In this document: one piece after another, positions 1 to 10,823 of the stretch
Layout: each line of letters opens with the position of its first letter
How positions within the stretch are numbered: position 1 is the stretch's first letter
Assembly: GCA_963724485.1 (NCBI GenBank)
Contig: CAVRUW010000008.1
Span: 78,931 to 142,930 of the forward strand
Direction: 5' to 3'
DNA: 64,000 bases
Origin: an uncultured Acidobacteriota bacterium
Lineage (GTDB): Bacteria > Acidobacteriota > Vicinamibacteria > Vicinamibacterales > UBA2999
Made by a program: the position numbers and the translations under genes
Notes under the pieces: generated by a model
The model's input: the letters and a program-made list of their open reading frames with translations, nothing else
What the model was told of the DNA's origin: nothing
The model's database searches: none

Positions 1-129
1 GTATGGACTCGACGATGCCGACGACATGGCCCGCGCCTCGTTCTCTCGACTCGTGGTGATGCCGCTTCGCGAGCGTCAGGAGATTGAATCGGCAGGTACG
101 ACGCGATCCCTCAAGGCGACTCACGCCGA

Positions 130-3100
130 CTAACGAGTCAGTGTGACGGGCCGACCGAATCGCGAATAGAGCACCGGGACGACCACCATGTTGAGCGCGG
201 TCGAGCTCGCCAGGCCGAACATTATGACCATGGCCATCGGTGCCTGGATCTCGCTCCCAGGCTCACCGGCCGAGAGCGCGATCGGCACCAGCGCCAGACC
301 CGCGGCCAGCGCCGTCATCAGAATCGGAACGAGCCGCTCGCTGGCGCCACGGACGACCGCCGTGCGGAAGTCCGTTACGCCTTCGTGCTCCTGCAGATGC
401 CGGATGTGCGAGACGAGCATGATGCCGTTGCGCGTCGCGATACCGAAGAGCGTGATGAAGCCGACGATCGACGCGACGGACAGTACACCGCCGGCGAGAT
501 ACACCCCGATGACGCCACCGATCAGCGCGAGCGGCAGGTTCAGCATGATCAGCGCGCCATCACGTGACGAGCCGAAGGCGGCCGACAAGATGAAAAAGAT
601 CGCGACGATGACTCCGGCCGACAGCCACAGCAGCTGCTGCGACGCCTGCGCTTCGCTTTCGAACTGGCCGCCGTAATCGATGTGGTAGCCCTGCGGCAGC
701 CGGACGTTCTGGCCGACGCGCGCCTGGATGTCGTTGACGACGCTGCGCAGGTCGCGGCCGGACACGTTGCTCTGCACCACGATCCGCCGCTGGACGTTCT
801 CGCGCATCACGAAATTGGGCCCGCGATCCTCCTGGATGAGGGCGACGGAGGACAGCGGGATCTGCCGTCGATCCGGCGTCTGGATCTGCGTCGTTCCAAT
901 CGTGTCGAGCTCGCTCGGATGGTCGTTCGCGTAGCGCACGACGAGCGGAAACGCGATCTGGCCCTGCACGATTTGTCCGACCGCATGGCCAACCCGCGCC
1001 GTCTGCAGGGCTTCGGCCACCGTGCCCGACTCGAGCCCCTGCCGCGCCGCCGCCGCCGGATCGACGCGCACTTTCAGTGTCGGAATATCGGTCTGCTGCT
1101 CGGTGGCCAGATCAACGACGCCTTCGACCTGCGCCATCTCGCCGTGAACTTGCGCGGCCAGTTGCCGCAGCATTGGCAGATCGTCGCCGAAGATCTTCAC
1201 GGCGATGTTGGCCCGCGTGCCGGACAGCATATGGTCGATGCGGTGCGAGATCGGCTGTCCGATCGTGACGTTCGTGCCGGGCAGTAGTGAGGCCTTCTGC
1301 CGCAGCTCCTCGATCACCGCGTCGCGCGACCGGTCCTTCATCTCGAGCCGCACGTCGATCTCCGCGGACTCGACACCTTGCACGTGCTCGTCGAGCTCCG
1401 CGCGACCGGTCCGGCGCGCCGTGGACGTCACTTCGGGCACGCTCAGCATCAGCCGCTCCAGGCCGTTCCCGAGCGCATTGGAATCGGCGAGGCTCGTGCC
1501 GGGGATCGTCACAGCACTGACCGTGAGTGCACCTTCGTTGAATTCGGGGAGGAACGACCGACCGGCCGACAAGAGACCCACGATGGCGGCGACCAGCAGC
1601 GCGGCGGCGACCGTCAGCACCGTGCGCCAGTAATGGAGGAAGTGGCCTAGCCAGCGCTCGTAGGTGGCCTTCAGCCGTCGCGTCAGCCGCGGCTCTGAGC
1701 CCGAGGCGATCAGACGTGACTGCGGCAGCAGCCAGGAGCAGAGCACCGGCGTCACCGTCAGCGCCACGATCAGTGACGCGGTCAGTGCGACGACGTAGGC
1801 GAAGCCAAGCGGCCGCAGCAGACGGCCTTCCACGCTGGTCAGCATGAACAGGGGCAGGAACACGAGCGCGACGATGACCGTGGCGAACACCACCGAGTGG
1901 CGAATCTCGCTGCTCGCCTGGTAGACGACGTCGATGACGGGGAGGCCCTCTCCCTCGGGGCGCGCGGCGTTCTCGCGCAGCCGTCGCACCACGTTCTCCA
2001 CGTCGATGATCGCATCGTCTACGAGCTCGCCAATCGCGATGGCGAGACCCCCGAGGCTCATGCTGTTGATCGTCAGGCCGAAGCGGTCCATGCCGATCAC
2101 CGCCGCGACGAGCGAGAGCGGGAGCGCGAGAAGCGTGATGATCGCCGCCCGCATGTTCATCAGGAACACGACGACCACGAGAATCACGAGCGCCGCGCCT
2201 TCGAGAAGCGCGCGGAACAGATTGTCCAGCGATTGCTCGATGAAATCGGCCTGCCGGAACAGATCACGATGGATCTGCATGCCTTGGGGGAGTGCGCGCT
2301 GAATGTCTTCGAGCGTCGCGTCGATCCGCGCCGTCAGCTCCAGCGTGTTCACAGCCGGTTGTTTCTGGATGCCGACGATCACCGCGGGACGCGCGTTGTG
2401 TGACCCTTCGCCGCGTTTGATCGCTGCGCCTTCGCGGACCGTGGCGATGTCGCGAATCAAGATCGGCGCCGCCTCCGTGAACTTCACGCTGACTGCGGCG
2501 ATGGCCTCGACGTCGGCGAGCCGACCGACGCCGCGCACCAGATACTCCTGTCCCTGCGACACCTGGAAGCCCGCGGTCGCGTTCCGGTTGGCCGCAGTCA
2601 GTGCCTGCTCGACTTCGGACAGCGTTACTTGGTGCGCCGCCAGTCGCGACGGATCGATCACGACCTCGGTACTGTTTCTGCTCGCCGCCGGTCGCGATGA
2701 CCTGCGACACGCCGGGCACGGCAAGCAGCCGCCGCCGCACGACCGTCTCGGCTGTGGTGCGCAGTTCCAGCGGCGTGTGCCGATCCGATTCCAGGTCGAT
2801 GAACAGGATCTCGCCCATGATCGAGGACACAGGAGTAAGGAATGGCGGCTCGACATCCGGTGGAAGCGATCCGGACACGAGAGTGAGTTTCTCGGCCACG
2901 GTCTGGCGCGCGCGCTGAATGTCCTGGCCCCAGTCGAATTCAACCCACACGATCGCGACGCCGACGGCGGTCGCCGAGCGCACGCGCCGCACGCCGGCCG
3001 CGCCGTTGAGCGCCGATTCGATCGGAAAGGTGACGAGTGATTCGATCTCGAGCGGGTCCATGCCCGGCGCTTCCGTCAGGATCGTGACCGTTGGCGCGGT

Positions 3101-3226
3101 GAGATCCGGCAGCACGTCGAGGGGAATGCGCGTGGCGGTCCAGCCGCCCCAGACCAGGAATGCGGCCGCCAGCGCCACGACGATGGGTCGGTGTCTCAGC
3201 GACCAGCGAATGAGTCCGTCAATCAT
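130..3226 (-). pseudogene. CusA/CzcA-family heavy-metal efflux RND inner-membrane pump, frame broken once near 2667-2672
   Basis: ORF 2264..3226 (MIDGLIRWSLRHRPIVV...ATGGEQKQY) and ORF 130..2943 (EVVIDPSRLAAHQVTLSEVEQAL...AIGELVDDAIIDVENV...) are the N- and C-parts of one ~1030-aa HME-RND protein. They join at cag tac C gag gtc, which is one extra base. Confidence 0.9.
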
Positions 3227-4776
3227 CAGCCGCCTCGATCAGTGCACGTGGCCGTGCGCGGGCACCGTTCGTCGAGAGTGACGCGAGACGCACGAGGTAC
3301 GCGCCTTTGGTGACGACGCGCTCTCCCGGCTTGACGCCTTCAATGATCTGAACGAGATCGCCTGACCTCGGCCCCACCGTGACCGCCCGCCGCTCGAAGG
3401 TCTCGCCTTCGCGCTGTACGAACACAATCAGCCGGCCGGCATCGTCGACGAGTGCGGCCGCGGGCACCGCCGGTCGCGCCGCCGTCGCGTCCATCAGCAG
3501 ATGGAGAGCCACCGTTTGCCCGACAGGGAAGGCAAGCTTGCTGTTGTCGAACGCAAACGTGATCGGCAGGGTGCGCGCTTGCGCATCGAGCACCTTGCCG
3601 ACGCTGACCAGGCGGCCCGCTGGCACCCGGTCCGTTTGTCCCAGCACTTCGATCTCGGCCGCGCTCACGAGCCGCGCCCGCGCGGCGTCCGCCTCGGGAA
3701 TCTGACCGATGACATGCACCTGGGACGCATCGACGACGCGGAACAGCACGTCGCCGGCGCTGACGTTCGCACCTGTCGCGGCCTCGCGTTGGGCGATGAC
3801 GCCGCTCACCGGCCCTCGAATCACGAACAGCCCCTCGCCATTCGCTGTGCCGCCAGCGCGCGCCGCGTTGTACTGCGCCAGTGTCGCGTCGGCTGCGGCG
3901 AGGCGCGTCTTCGCCTGATCTTCCACCGAGCGCGCCTCGTCAAGCCGCTTCTCGGGCGCCGCGCCGGCGGTCGTCAGGCGTTCGGCGCGTTCGCGATCGC
4001 GCGTGGCCAGACGCCAGCGCGGTTTGGGCGTCGGCGCGTGCGCGCTGAAGCTGCGGCAGGTCGCCCGGTAGCGATGGCGGGGGCGACAGACGCGCGAGCT
4101 CCTGCCCACGAGAGACGCTGGCGCCGATGGCCAGTTCCGCGACGCGTGTCAATCGGCCGTCGATCGGCGCGACGACGTCCGCGGCGCCGCCCGGCCTGGC
4201 GTCGAGACGCGCCGGCACGCGGATCGATTCGCGAACGGACGCCTCCTTGACGAGCGCCGTGCCGAAGTCCAGGCTCCACTGCTGTTCCTTCAGGAAGCTG
4301 ATGCCAGGCGCATCTTCTTCGCCGGCGGGTGCGGCGGCGCGCGCGGCGTCGGCGTTGGCGTGGACCTCGACGTCTCCAACGCGATGCTCATCGCTGATGC
4401 CGCGCGCATTCAGCACGATGACCATCTCCCGTTTACCGGGAGTGGCGGGCTTTACGTCGACGCCGAAGATGCCTGGCCGCGACGGTCCCTCCACGCGAAA
4501 CACCTCCGGCTGGCCGGCGCCGCCTTGGAGGCGGACTTCCACCACGCCGTCGGTGATCGCCTTGAAGGGGTCGAGCTGCGTGAGATGAATCGCGAACCGC
4601 GAGGTCGAGCCGACCGCCAGGGGCGGATACTCCGCGAACAACTCGGTCTTGTCCGTCCATCGCGTCACGCTCAGCGCTTCCGGTTCTTCCAACGCGCCCT
4701 CGGGAGGCGTGGCCGATCGACCGCAAGCGGCGGCGATGGCGATGACAAGGACACCAGCGAAGAATCTCAAGGCCAC
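3219..4776 (-). pseudogene. Efflux RND periplasmic adaptor (CusB/CzcB-like, lipoprotein signal AAACG), frame broken near 4011
   Basis: ORF 3940..4776 ends ...LPQLQRARADAQTALA. ORF 3219..4109 continues LATRDRERAERLTTAGAAPEKRLDEA... plus beta-barrel and MPD-like parts. Together they make a typical MFP. The start overlaps the OMF stop. Confidence 0.85.
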
Positions 4777-5979
4777 AACGTGTCTCCCACGGCCCGTTCG
4801 AGCGCCAGCTGCGCCAGCCGGGCATCGAGGCGCAGATCGATGGCGCGCATGCGTGCGCGTGCCGACACGCGCACGGCGTCGAGCAGTTCAAGGATGCCGA
4901 CATCGCCTTCGCGGTAGGCGACTTCGGCAATCTGCACGAGCTCGTCGCCGGCGCCCTGCGGCTCCTGAGCGAGAGCGCCGAGCCGCACATCAAGGACTTC
5001 TCGCGCACCGCTGATTTCGCCGCGAATGCGCGACTCGATTGACACGCGCTCGGCCTCGACGCGGGCGCGCTCCGCGTCCCAGCGCGCGGCTTCGCGGCTG
5101 CCCGAATCGAAAAGCGGCAGCGAGGCACTGACGCCGAACACACCACCCGTGTCACGCCCACTGAGATCGTCGGCGCGTTTGAGCCCGCCGAACACTGTCG
5201 GCGACGGGCGGCGCGCGCGGCGGGCGGCGTCGGCCTCGAACGTCGCACGGTCGGCGAGCTGCTGAAGTGCGCGCAACTCGGCACGCGCCAATGTAGCCTT
5301 CGCGATCAGGGTGTCCACGGCATCGACGGCGCCGGCCGACACCGGTGTCGCGATCACAGTGCTAACGGCTACCCCCGGGGGCAGCATCCCCGTCAGCGTG
5401 GCGCGCGCCTCGGCCGCGGCCACAATCGCGTCGGTGAGCGACTGCCGCGTATCTCGCAACTCCTGCTCGGCGCGTACGCGGTCGAACCGCGATCCCTCGC
5501 CTTCCCGCTCGCGCGTGCGCAGAATCTCGATGAGGCGTTCGACCTCACGAATCTGTGCCTGTGCAGCCGCCGCACGTGCCTGCTCGGCAGCGAGCCGCGC
5601 CACGGCGGCCGCCGCCTCTGCGCGGAGCATCCACAGCCGCACGTCGCGCTCGGCCTCCGCGGCGGCGGTAGTGGCCGCGCCGGCACGCGCAAGGGCGTGC
5701 ACGCACGCCGAACAGCGGCAGCACCTGCTCAGCCTGCAGGAATTCGGTGAATCCTGCGCCCTCGCGGCTGTAGGTCACCGACGGATTCGGGTAGGCGAGT
5801 CGTGCCAGCTGCTCGCGGCGAGTGACGTCGGTCTCGGCCCTGATCGCGCGTGCCTGGGGGCTGTCGCGGAGCACCAGCTCCACGACGTCGCGCTCGGTGC
5901 GGTCCTGCCCAGCGGCCAGCGACGGCACCAGCAGGCCAACCGCGGCGATCCAGGTACAAACCTGGAATCGAGTCGGCAT
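4767..5979 (-). pseudogene. TolC-family outer membrane efflux protein, frame broken near 5698-5708
   Basis: ORF 5545..5979 (signal peptide, ...AEQVLPLFGVR) and ORF 4767..5702 (ALARAGAATTAAAEAERDV... coiled-coil/beta repeats ...LERAVGDTLWP) form one OMF. There is a GAGGA RBS before the ATG at 5979. Confidence 0.85.
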
Positions 5980-6054
5980 AACGATCCTCGAAATGATTCG
6001 GACTGACGGAGAGCCGGACGTCGCCGCGCAGGCGGCTGCAGCCCGGTCAAGGAA

Positions 6055-6450
6055 TCAGGCGAGCACGAACGATGGTGGGGCGCGGGAGGAGGAGGGACCG
6101 CGAGGCGGCGGACCGTGCACGCGCACGTCGGCTGGCGCCAGCGCGCGCTTGATTGGTGGAGCCGGAACCTTGAGTACGGCGGGAATCAGCGCCGCATCGA
6201 TCGTCGGGATCGGTTGCGGCGTGGTGGCGATGAAGGTAAACGCCTTCGCGTGCAGCCCTGGCTCGCAGCGCTCGATGATCGGAGCGGCCTCTGGGCGATG
6301 AGCCGGGCGCGAGTGGTGCTCGTGCGCCGCTAGACCATGCTGGTGCTCGGCATGCTCGTGCGCCTCGTAGACATGCGTATGCAGCAGAGCCACCAGGCTC
6401 GAGATTCCCAGAAACGCGGGAATCAGCAACGCGGCAACAATGCGGCGCAC
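6055..6450 (-). CDS. Small His-rich membrane-anchored protein upstream of the efflux operon. The start is uncertain (GTG at 6450).
   Basis: VRRIVAALLIPAFLGISSLVALLHTHVYEAHEHAEHQHGLAAHEHHSRPAH... has one TM helix followed by an H-x-H-rich stretch. It lies 75 nt upstream of the OMF gene on the same strand. I do not recognise a family. Confidence 0.4.
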   Translation of the reverse strand: MRRIVAALLIPAFLGISSLVALLHTHVYEAHEHAEHQHGLAAHEHHSRPAHRPEAAPIIERCEPGLHAKAFTFIATTPQPIPTIDAALIPAVLKVPAPPIKRALAPADVRVHGPPPRGPSSSRAPPSFVLA

Positions 6451-6556
6451 GGAGTCAGTGTAGTGAGTGAGGAGTGCTGCCGTCAAAGCGTGCGGTCGGG
6501 CGCGATTCTCAAGCGTTGATGTGACCCCTCGGGCCGGGCAAGATTTGCCGCGGGCG

Positions 6557-6805
6557 TCAGGTTCGGATACTCCAGTTCGCGAGTTTGACCGGCGGACTGA
6601 GTTCGCGACCGCGACGGTCGACGCTCGTGTGCCAGATCGATCCACTGCCTCGCAATTGCTCGGCGCGCCGCAGGGCCTCGCGAAGCGAAGAAAAGGGCCC
6701 AGCCACCGTTTTGTTTGTAGTGGCATCCAGGACGCGGTACGACGACTCGGCGCCGACGGAGTAGCCGACGATCAGGACGTCGCCGCAGCAGGGTTTGCTC
6801 GGCAT
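6557..6805 (-). CDS. Hypothetical small protein
   Basis: MPSKPCCGDVLIVGYSVGAESSYRVLDATTNKTVAGPFSSLREALRRAEQLRGSGSIWH... has non-shadow-like composition, and GAGGG lies before the ATG at 6805. Confidence 0.4.
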   Translation of the reverse strand: MPSKPCCGDVLIVGYSVGAESSYRVLDATTNKTVAGPFSSLREALRRAEQLRGSGSIWHTSVDRRGRELSPPVKLANWSIRT

Positions 6806-7063
6806 GGACCCTCGTCGAAGCAGCAAGGGGAGTACCATTGGGTGGTCAGGAATCTACAAATGTTCACCCGCGCACGTTTCTGTGCGCCTGAGTCCCTTAT
6901 GAAGTGCGAAATGGATGACGCGGCGAATGGGTGAGTCCGTCACACCTCAGCTTGCGCTTCGACTAGCCCCATCCGGATCTAGACGAATGTTCACGCTCGG
7001 CTGTATCGCAAAGACCTGAAACGACTCGTAGACGAGACTGACCAACGCGAGGAGGGTTGTCCC

Positions 7064-7975
7064 ATGGGCACGACAGCAGGCAGCGAAAAACTGATCGCCG
7101 TGACCGGCGCAACGGGTCGGCAGGGAGGCGGAGTCGTACGTGCTCTGCGGGCCAGCGGCCAATTCAAAGTACGCGCGCTGAGCCGCAATCCAGACACGCA
7201 TCGCGACCTGGCCGACGAAGTCGTCGAAGCAGATCTAGACCGGCCGGAGACCCTCGCCGCAGCATTCGAAGGCGCACATGGCGTCTTTCTCGTCACCAAC
7301 TTTTGGGAAGAAGGGACCGACGAGGCCAAGCAGGCAACCGAAGCCGTCCGTACTGCCAAGGATGCCGGTGTCAAACACGTAATCTGGTCAACCCTGCCGA
7401 ACGTCGAAGCCATCAGCGGCGGCAGGTTCAACGTTCCTCATTTTACCGGCAAGGCCAAGATTGATCGGATCGTCAAGGAAGCCGGGTTTGTCCATCACAC
7501 GTTCGTCATCGCGCCTTTCTACTACCAGAATCTTGTGGGCACTCTCGCCCCGCAACAGCAGGCAGACGGATCCGTGGGCTGGGCTCTTCCTCTCGATCCC
7601 GATGTGCGTTGCCTTCACATGGGCGATATCAGCGAACTGGGGAGCATCGTGGCCGGAGCATTCGCAGAGCCGGATGAGGCAGGCGATGGCGAGTATCTGC
7701 CACTCGTCGGTGATTTCATGAGCTTCAACAAGATCGTCGACACCCTGAATCGACAGGGTCACAACTTCTCGTTCAACCAGGCCCCAAAGGAAGTTTTTGC
7801 GAATCTGTTTCCTGGAGCCGCTGAGGTCGCAGAGACGTTCAGTTACTTCCAGACTCATACCTACTTGGGTTCCCCTTCGCATGACCGCATTGTCCACGCA
7901 AACAAAATAGCGGGCCGGCACCCGAGCTCGTTCTCGACGTGGGCTCGCGTGAATGTCCCAGTGCAGGCAGTTTGA
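7064..7975 (+). CDS. NmrA-family NAD(P)-binding protein
   Basis: IAVTGATGRQGGGVVRAL Rossmann motif, plus full-length NmrA-like sequence (...VFLVTNFWE...HFTGKAKI...). Confidence 0.85.
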   Translation: MGTTAGSEKLIAVTGATGRQGGGVVRALRASGQFKVRALSRNPDTHRDLADEVVEADLDRPETLAAAFEGAHGVFLVTNFWEEGTDEAKQATEAVRTAKDAGVKHVIWSTLPNVEAISGGRFNVPHFTGKAKIDRIVKEAGFVHHTFVIAPFYYQNLVGTLAPQQQADGSVGWALPLDPDVRCLHMGDISELGSIVAGAFAEPDEAGDGEYLPLVGDFMSFNKIVDTLNRQGHNFSFNQAPKEVFANLFPGAAEVAETFSYFQTHTYLGSPSHDRIVHANKIAGRHPSSFSTWARVNVPVQAV

Positions 7976-7990
7976 CTTGCACTCGTTCCA

Positions 7991-9820
7991 ATGCTGCCAA
8001 ACCGCTACGCTCCCATCGAAGACTACGGCATCATCGGCGACCTTCACACCGTCGCGCTGGTCAGCAAGAACGGGTCGATCGACTTCCTCTGCCTCCCGTC
8101 GTTTGACTCACCCTCAGTGTTTGCGGCTCTCCTCGACGCCGACCGCGGCGGCAGCTTCCAGATCGCGCCGCAGCTCGACGACGCGGTCCACAGGCAGCTC
8201 TATTTGCCGGACACGAATGTGTTGCTCACCAGGTTCCTGTCGGACAGCGGCGTGGCTGAGGTGTCGGACTTCATGCCGGTGGAGGACGCCGGCGTCGCTC
8301 ACAATCTCGTGCGTCGCGCGAAAACCGTCCGTGGCGAACTCCGTTTCGAAATGCGGTGCGATCCACGATTTGACTACGCTCGCGCCACGCATACCGTAGA
8401 GAGGCGCAGCGACACGGAAATCCTGTTCGTTGGCCGCGCCGGAGCGCGCGAGCTGGTGCTGCGGTTACGTTCGTCCGTACCAATGCAGCTCGAGGAGGGA
8501 GCCGCCGTCGCGGAGTTCACGCTCGGGGCTGACCAATCCGCGTGGTTCGTCCTCGAAATGGTCGCCTCGGACGAGCCGTCGCCATGCGCGCATCCCGATT
8601 ATTCGCGCGATGCGTTCAAACAAACCGTGAACTTCTGGCGCGGCTGGATCAGCCGCAGCACGTACAAGAACCGCTGGCGGGAGATGGTGAACCGTTCCGC
8701 GCTCGTGCTGAAGCTGCTCACGTCCAGAGACCACGGGTCAATCGTCGCCGCACCCACGTTCGGGCTGCCCGAGACCATCGGCGGGGTGCGCAACTGGGAC
8801 TACCGCTACTCGTGGATTCGCGACTCGTCGTTCACCCTCTACGGACTCATGCGACTTGGCTACACCGACGAGGCCGCGGCGTTCATGCGCTGGATGATGG
8901 CGCGCTGTGAGGAGCTGCCGCCAGACGGATCGCTCCAGATCATGTACGCCATCGACGGCCGTCCCGTGATGCGCGAGGAAACGCTGGACCACTTCGAGGG
9001 CTACATGGGCTCGCGTCCGGTCCGCATTGGCAACGACGCCCACGCTCATCATCAGCTCGACATCTACGGCGAGTTGATGGACTCGGTATACCTGTATGAC
9101 AAGTATGGGTCGCCGATCGGACACGACGCGTGGATGAACGTCGTCCGGCTGATCGACTGGGTGTGTGAACACTGGCGCGAGAAGGATGAGAGCATCTGGG
9201 AGGTGCGAGGCGGGCGCCGGGAGTTTCTCTACTCGCGCGTAATGTGCTGGGTGGCGATTGACCGCGCCCTCCGCCTCGCGAACAGACGCTCGTTCCCGGC
9301 TCCCTCCTCTCGCTGGTACGAGGCACGGGACACGATCTACCGCGACATCTACGAACGCTTCTGGGATTCGTCGCGCCGCGGCTTCGTCCAGCACCCGGGC
9401 GCGACCACATTCGATGCCGCAGCGCTGCTCATGCCCCTGGTCCGCTTCGTGTCGCCGACCGACCCGCGGTGGCTCGACACGCTGCGCGGCATCGAGCAGG
9501 AGCTGGTGAGCGACTCCCTGGTCTATCGCTACCGTCTCGGGGAGAGTTTCTCCGACGGCCTCACCGGTCAGGAGGGCACGTTCTCGATGTGCTCGTTCTG
9601 GTACGTCGAGTGCCTCTCCCGCATGGGCGATCTCCCCAAGGCGCGGTTCTTCTTCGAGAAGATGCTTGGGTATGCGAATCACCTGGGACTGTACGGCGAG
9701 GAGCTGGGCCCGCGAGCGCAGCACCTCGGCAACTTCCCGCAGGCTTTTACCCACCTGGCGTTGATCAGTGCCGCCTACGATCTGGATCGACGGCTCTCGG
9801 CGGCCGGCCACCTCGGCTGA
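7991..9820 (+). CDS. Glycoside hydrolase family 15 protein (glucoamylase/trehalase-like)
   Basis: 609 aa. N-terminus is [33 protein letters not shown], with ...[21 protein letters not shown]... and ...LGLYGEELG...[16 protein letters not shown], typical of GH15. Confidence 0.9.
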   Translation: MLPNRYAPIEDYGIIGDLHTVALVSKNGSIDFLCLPSFDSPSVFAALLDADRGGSFQIAPQLDDAVHRQLYLPDTNVLLTRFLSDSGVAEVSDFMPVEDAGVAHNLVRRAKTVRGELRFEMRCDPRFDYARATHTVERRSDTEILFVGRAGARELVLRLRSSVPMQLEEGAAVAEFTLGADQSAWFVLEMVASDEPSPCAHPDYSRDAFKQTVNFWRGWISRSTYKNRWREMVNRSALVLKLLTSRDHGSIVAAPTFGLPETIGGVRNWDYRYSWIRDSSFTLYGLMRLGYTDEAAAFMRWMMARCEELPPDGSLQIMYAIDGRPVMREETLDHFEGYMGSRPVRIGNDAHAHHQLDIYGELMDSVYLYDKYGSPIGHDAWMNVVRLIDWVCEHWREKDESIWEVRGGRREFLYSRVMCWVAIDRALRLANRRSFPAPSSRWYEARDTIYRDIYERFWDSSRRGFVQHPGATTFDAAALLMPLVRFVSPTDPRWLDTLRGIEQELVSDSLVYRYRLGESFSDGLTGQEGTFSMCSFWYVECLSRMGDLPKARFFFEKMLGYANHLGLYGEELGPRAQHLGNFPQAFTHLALISAAYDLDRRLSAAGHLG

Positions 9821-9832
9821 CGTCGTGAGCTA

Positions 9833-10201
9833 TCACCGTTCCTGAGTTCGACGTTCTCGAATCTTTTCGAACTGCCGCTTGAGCGCCTCGAGCTGCTCGT
9901 CATCAAACTCTTCGAGGTTGATCAGCTGAGGCCGTGCTCCCGCCGTACTTCGGATCAACTCATCGAGCTTGAGCTGCAAGGCACGCGTGTCGCGGTTTTG
10001 GGTGTTTTGAAGCAGAAATGCGATGAGGAAGGTTACCTGCGACGCCGCCGTGTTCATCGTCAGCTGCCAGGTGTCCGAGAAGTGAAATACGGGCCCGAGG
10101 ATCAACCACAGTGCTGTCAGCGCGACGTTCGCGGCAAAGGTCCACGGAGAACCGACAAACGACGCCGTGGCGTCGGCAACTCGCCTGAATCTGTTGATCA
10201 T
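9833..10201 (-). CDS. Low-affinity iron permease family protein
   Basis: FVGSPWTFAANVALTALWLILGPVFHFSDTWQLTMNTAASQVTFLIAFLLQNTQNRDTRALQLKLDELIR matches the Iron_permease (PF04120-type) pattern. Confidence 0.8.
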   Translation of the reverse strand: MINRFRRVADATASFVGSPWTFAANVALTALWLILGPVFHFSDTWQLTMNTAASQVTFLIAFLLQNTQNRDTRALQLKLDELIRSTAGARPQLINLEEFDDEQLEALKRQFEKIRERRTQER

Positions 10202-10317
10202 CGCTCCTCCTGCGCAGGGACACGCCACCATAGCAGGTCGCCCGGTGCCGGCGGAGCGATCGGCACGAGACGCGTATTATTGGAGTTGCGGCTCCTGTCG
10301 GCCGCGCACGGCGGAGC

Positions 10318-10734
10318 ATGACCATGACCCTGACCACGACCACTAAGACCGTCGGACTCGTTACGCTGCTCCTCACGGCAACGCTGGCGGGTCAGCCCAA
10401 GGATGAATACACCCCGAGCGATCCGGCGCGCGTCGGCGCGACCGGCAATCCGCAGCTCGTCGAGTTCTACCATCCACTTTGACTGGGCTGTCAGAAGATG
10501 AAGCCCATCGTGCATGGGCTCGAGCACAAATACGCGAAGCGGATCGACTTTCTCTTTCTCGACACCGGCGATGCTCGCACGGAGGCGGCGCGTCAGCGTC
10601 TCGGCTTCAAGAGCACGCCGCAGTTCGTCCTCCTGCATCCCGATGGCACGAAGTTTCGCGAGTGGACCGGCCTCGTGCCGGAAGCCGAGCTGAGCGCCGG
10701 GCTGGACGAGCTGCTGAAGTCACGACGGCGGTAA
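10318..10734 (+). CDS. Exported thioredoxin-fold protein with an in-frame TGA (10480-10482) at the first Cys position of CxxC. It is either a candidate selenoprotein (U-L-G-C) or a nonsense pseudogene.
   Basis: The ATG at 10318 and the ORF at 10498..10734 are in the same frame (180 nt apart). The read-through product is MTMTLTTTTKTVGLVTLLLTATLAGQP...NPQLVEFYHPL-[TGA]-LGCQKMKPIVHGLEHKYAKRIDFLFLD...STPQFVLLHPDG..., which follows the thioredoxin pattern F-x-A-x-W-C-G-P-C-x-x-M. Confidence 0.6.
10502..10520 (+). promoter_or_regulatory. Hairpin AGCCCAU-CGUGC-AUGGGCU starting 19 nt 3' of the in-frame UGA, a candidate bacterial SECIS element
   Basis: The perfect 7-bp stem (10502-10508 / 10514-10520) and 5-nt loop containing GU were read directly from the sequence. 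Confidence 0.35.
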
Positions 10735-10823
10735 TCTGCTGCGTGATCCGATTCGGAAGATCCCGAAGTCCTGCCGTCGCCATTCTTTGCATCATAAAGT
10801 TCTTTGTAGTAGGGTAGCGAAAC

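Noticed and set aside
1-129. A possible gene end upstream of the RND pump at the left edge of the window.
   Set aside because: No frame is open long enough to recognise anything.
10198-10638. A 146-aa minus-strand ORF covering the TGA site of the thioredoxin-like gene.
   Set aside because: It has no recognisable domain and shadow-like composition. The plus-strand reading gives a full thioredoxin fold on both sides of the TGA.
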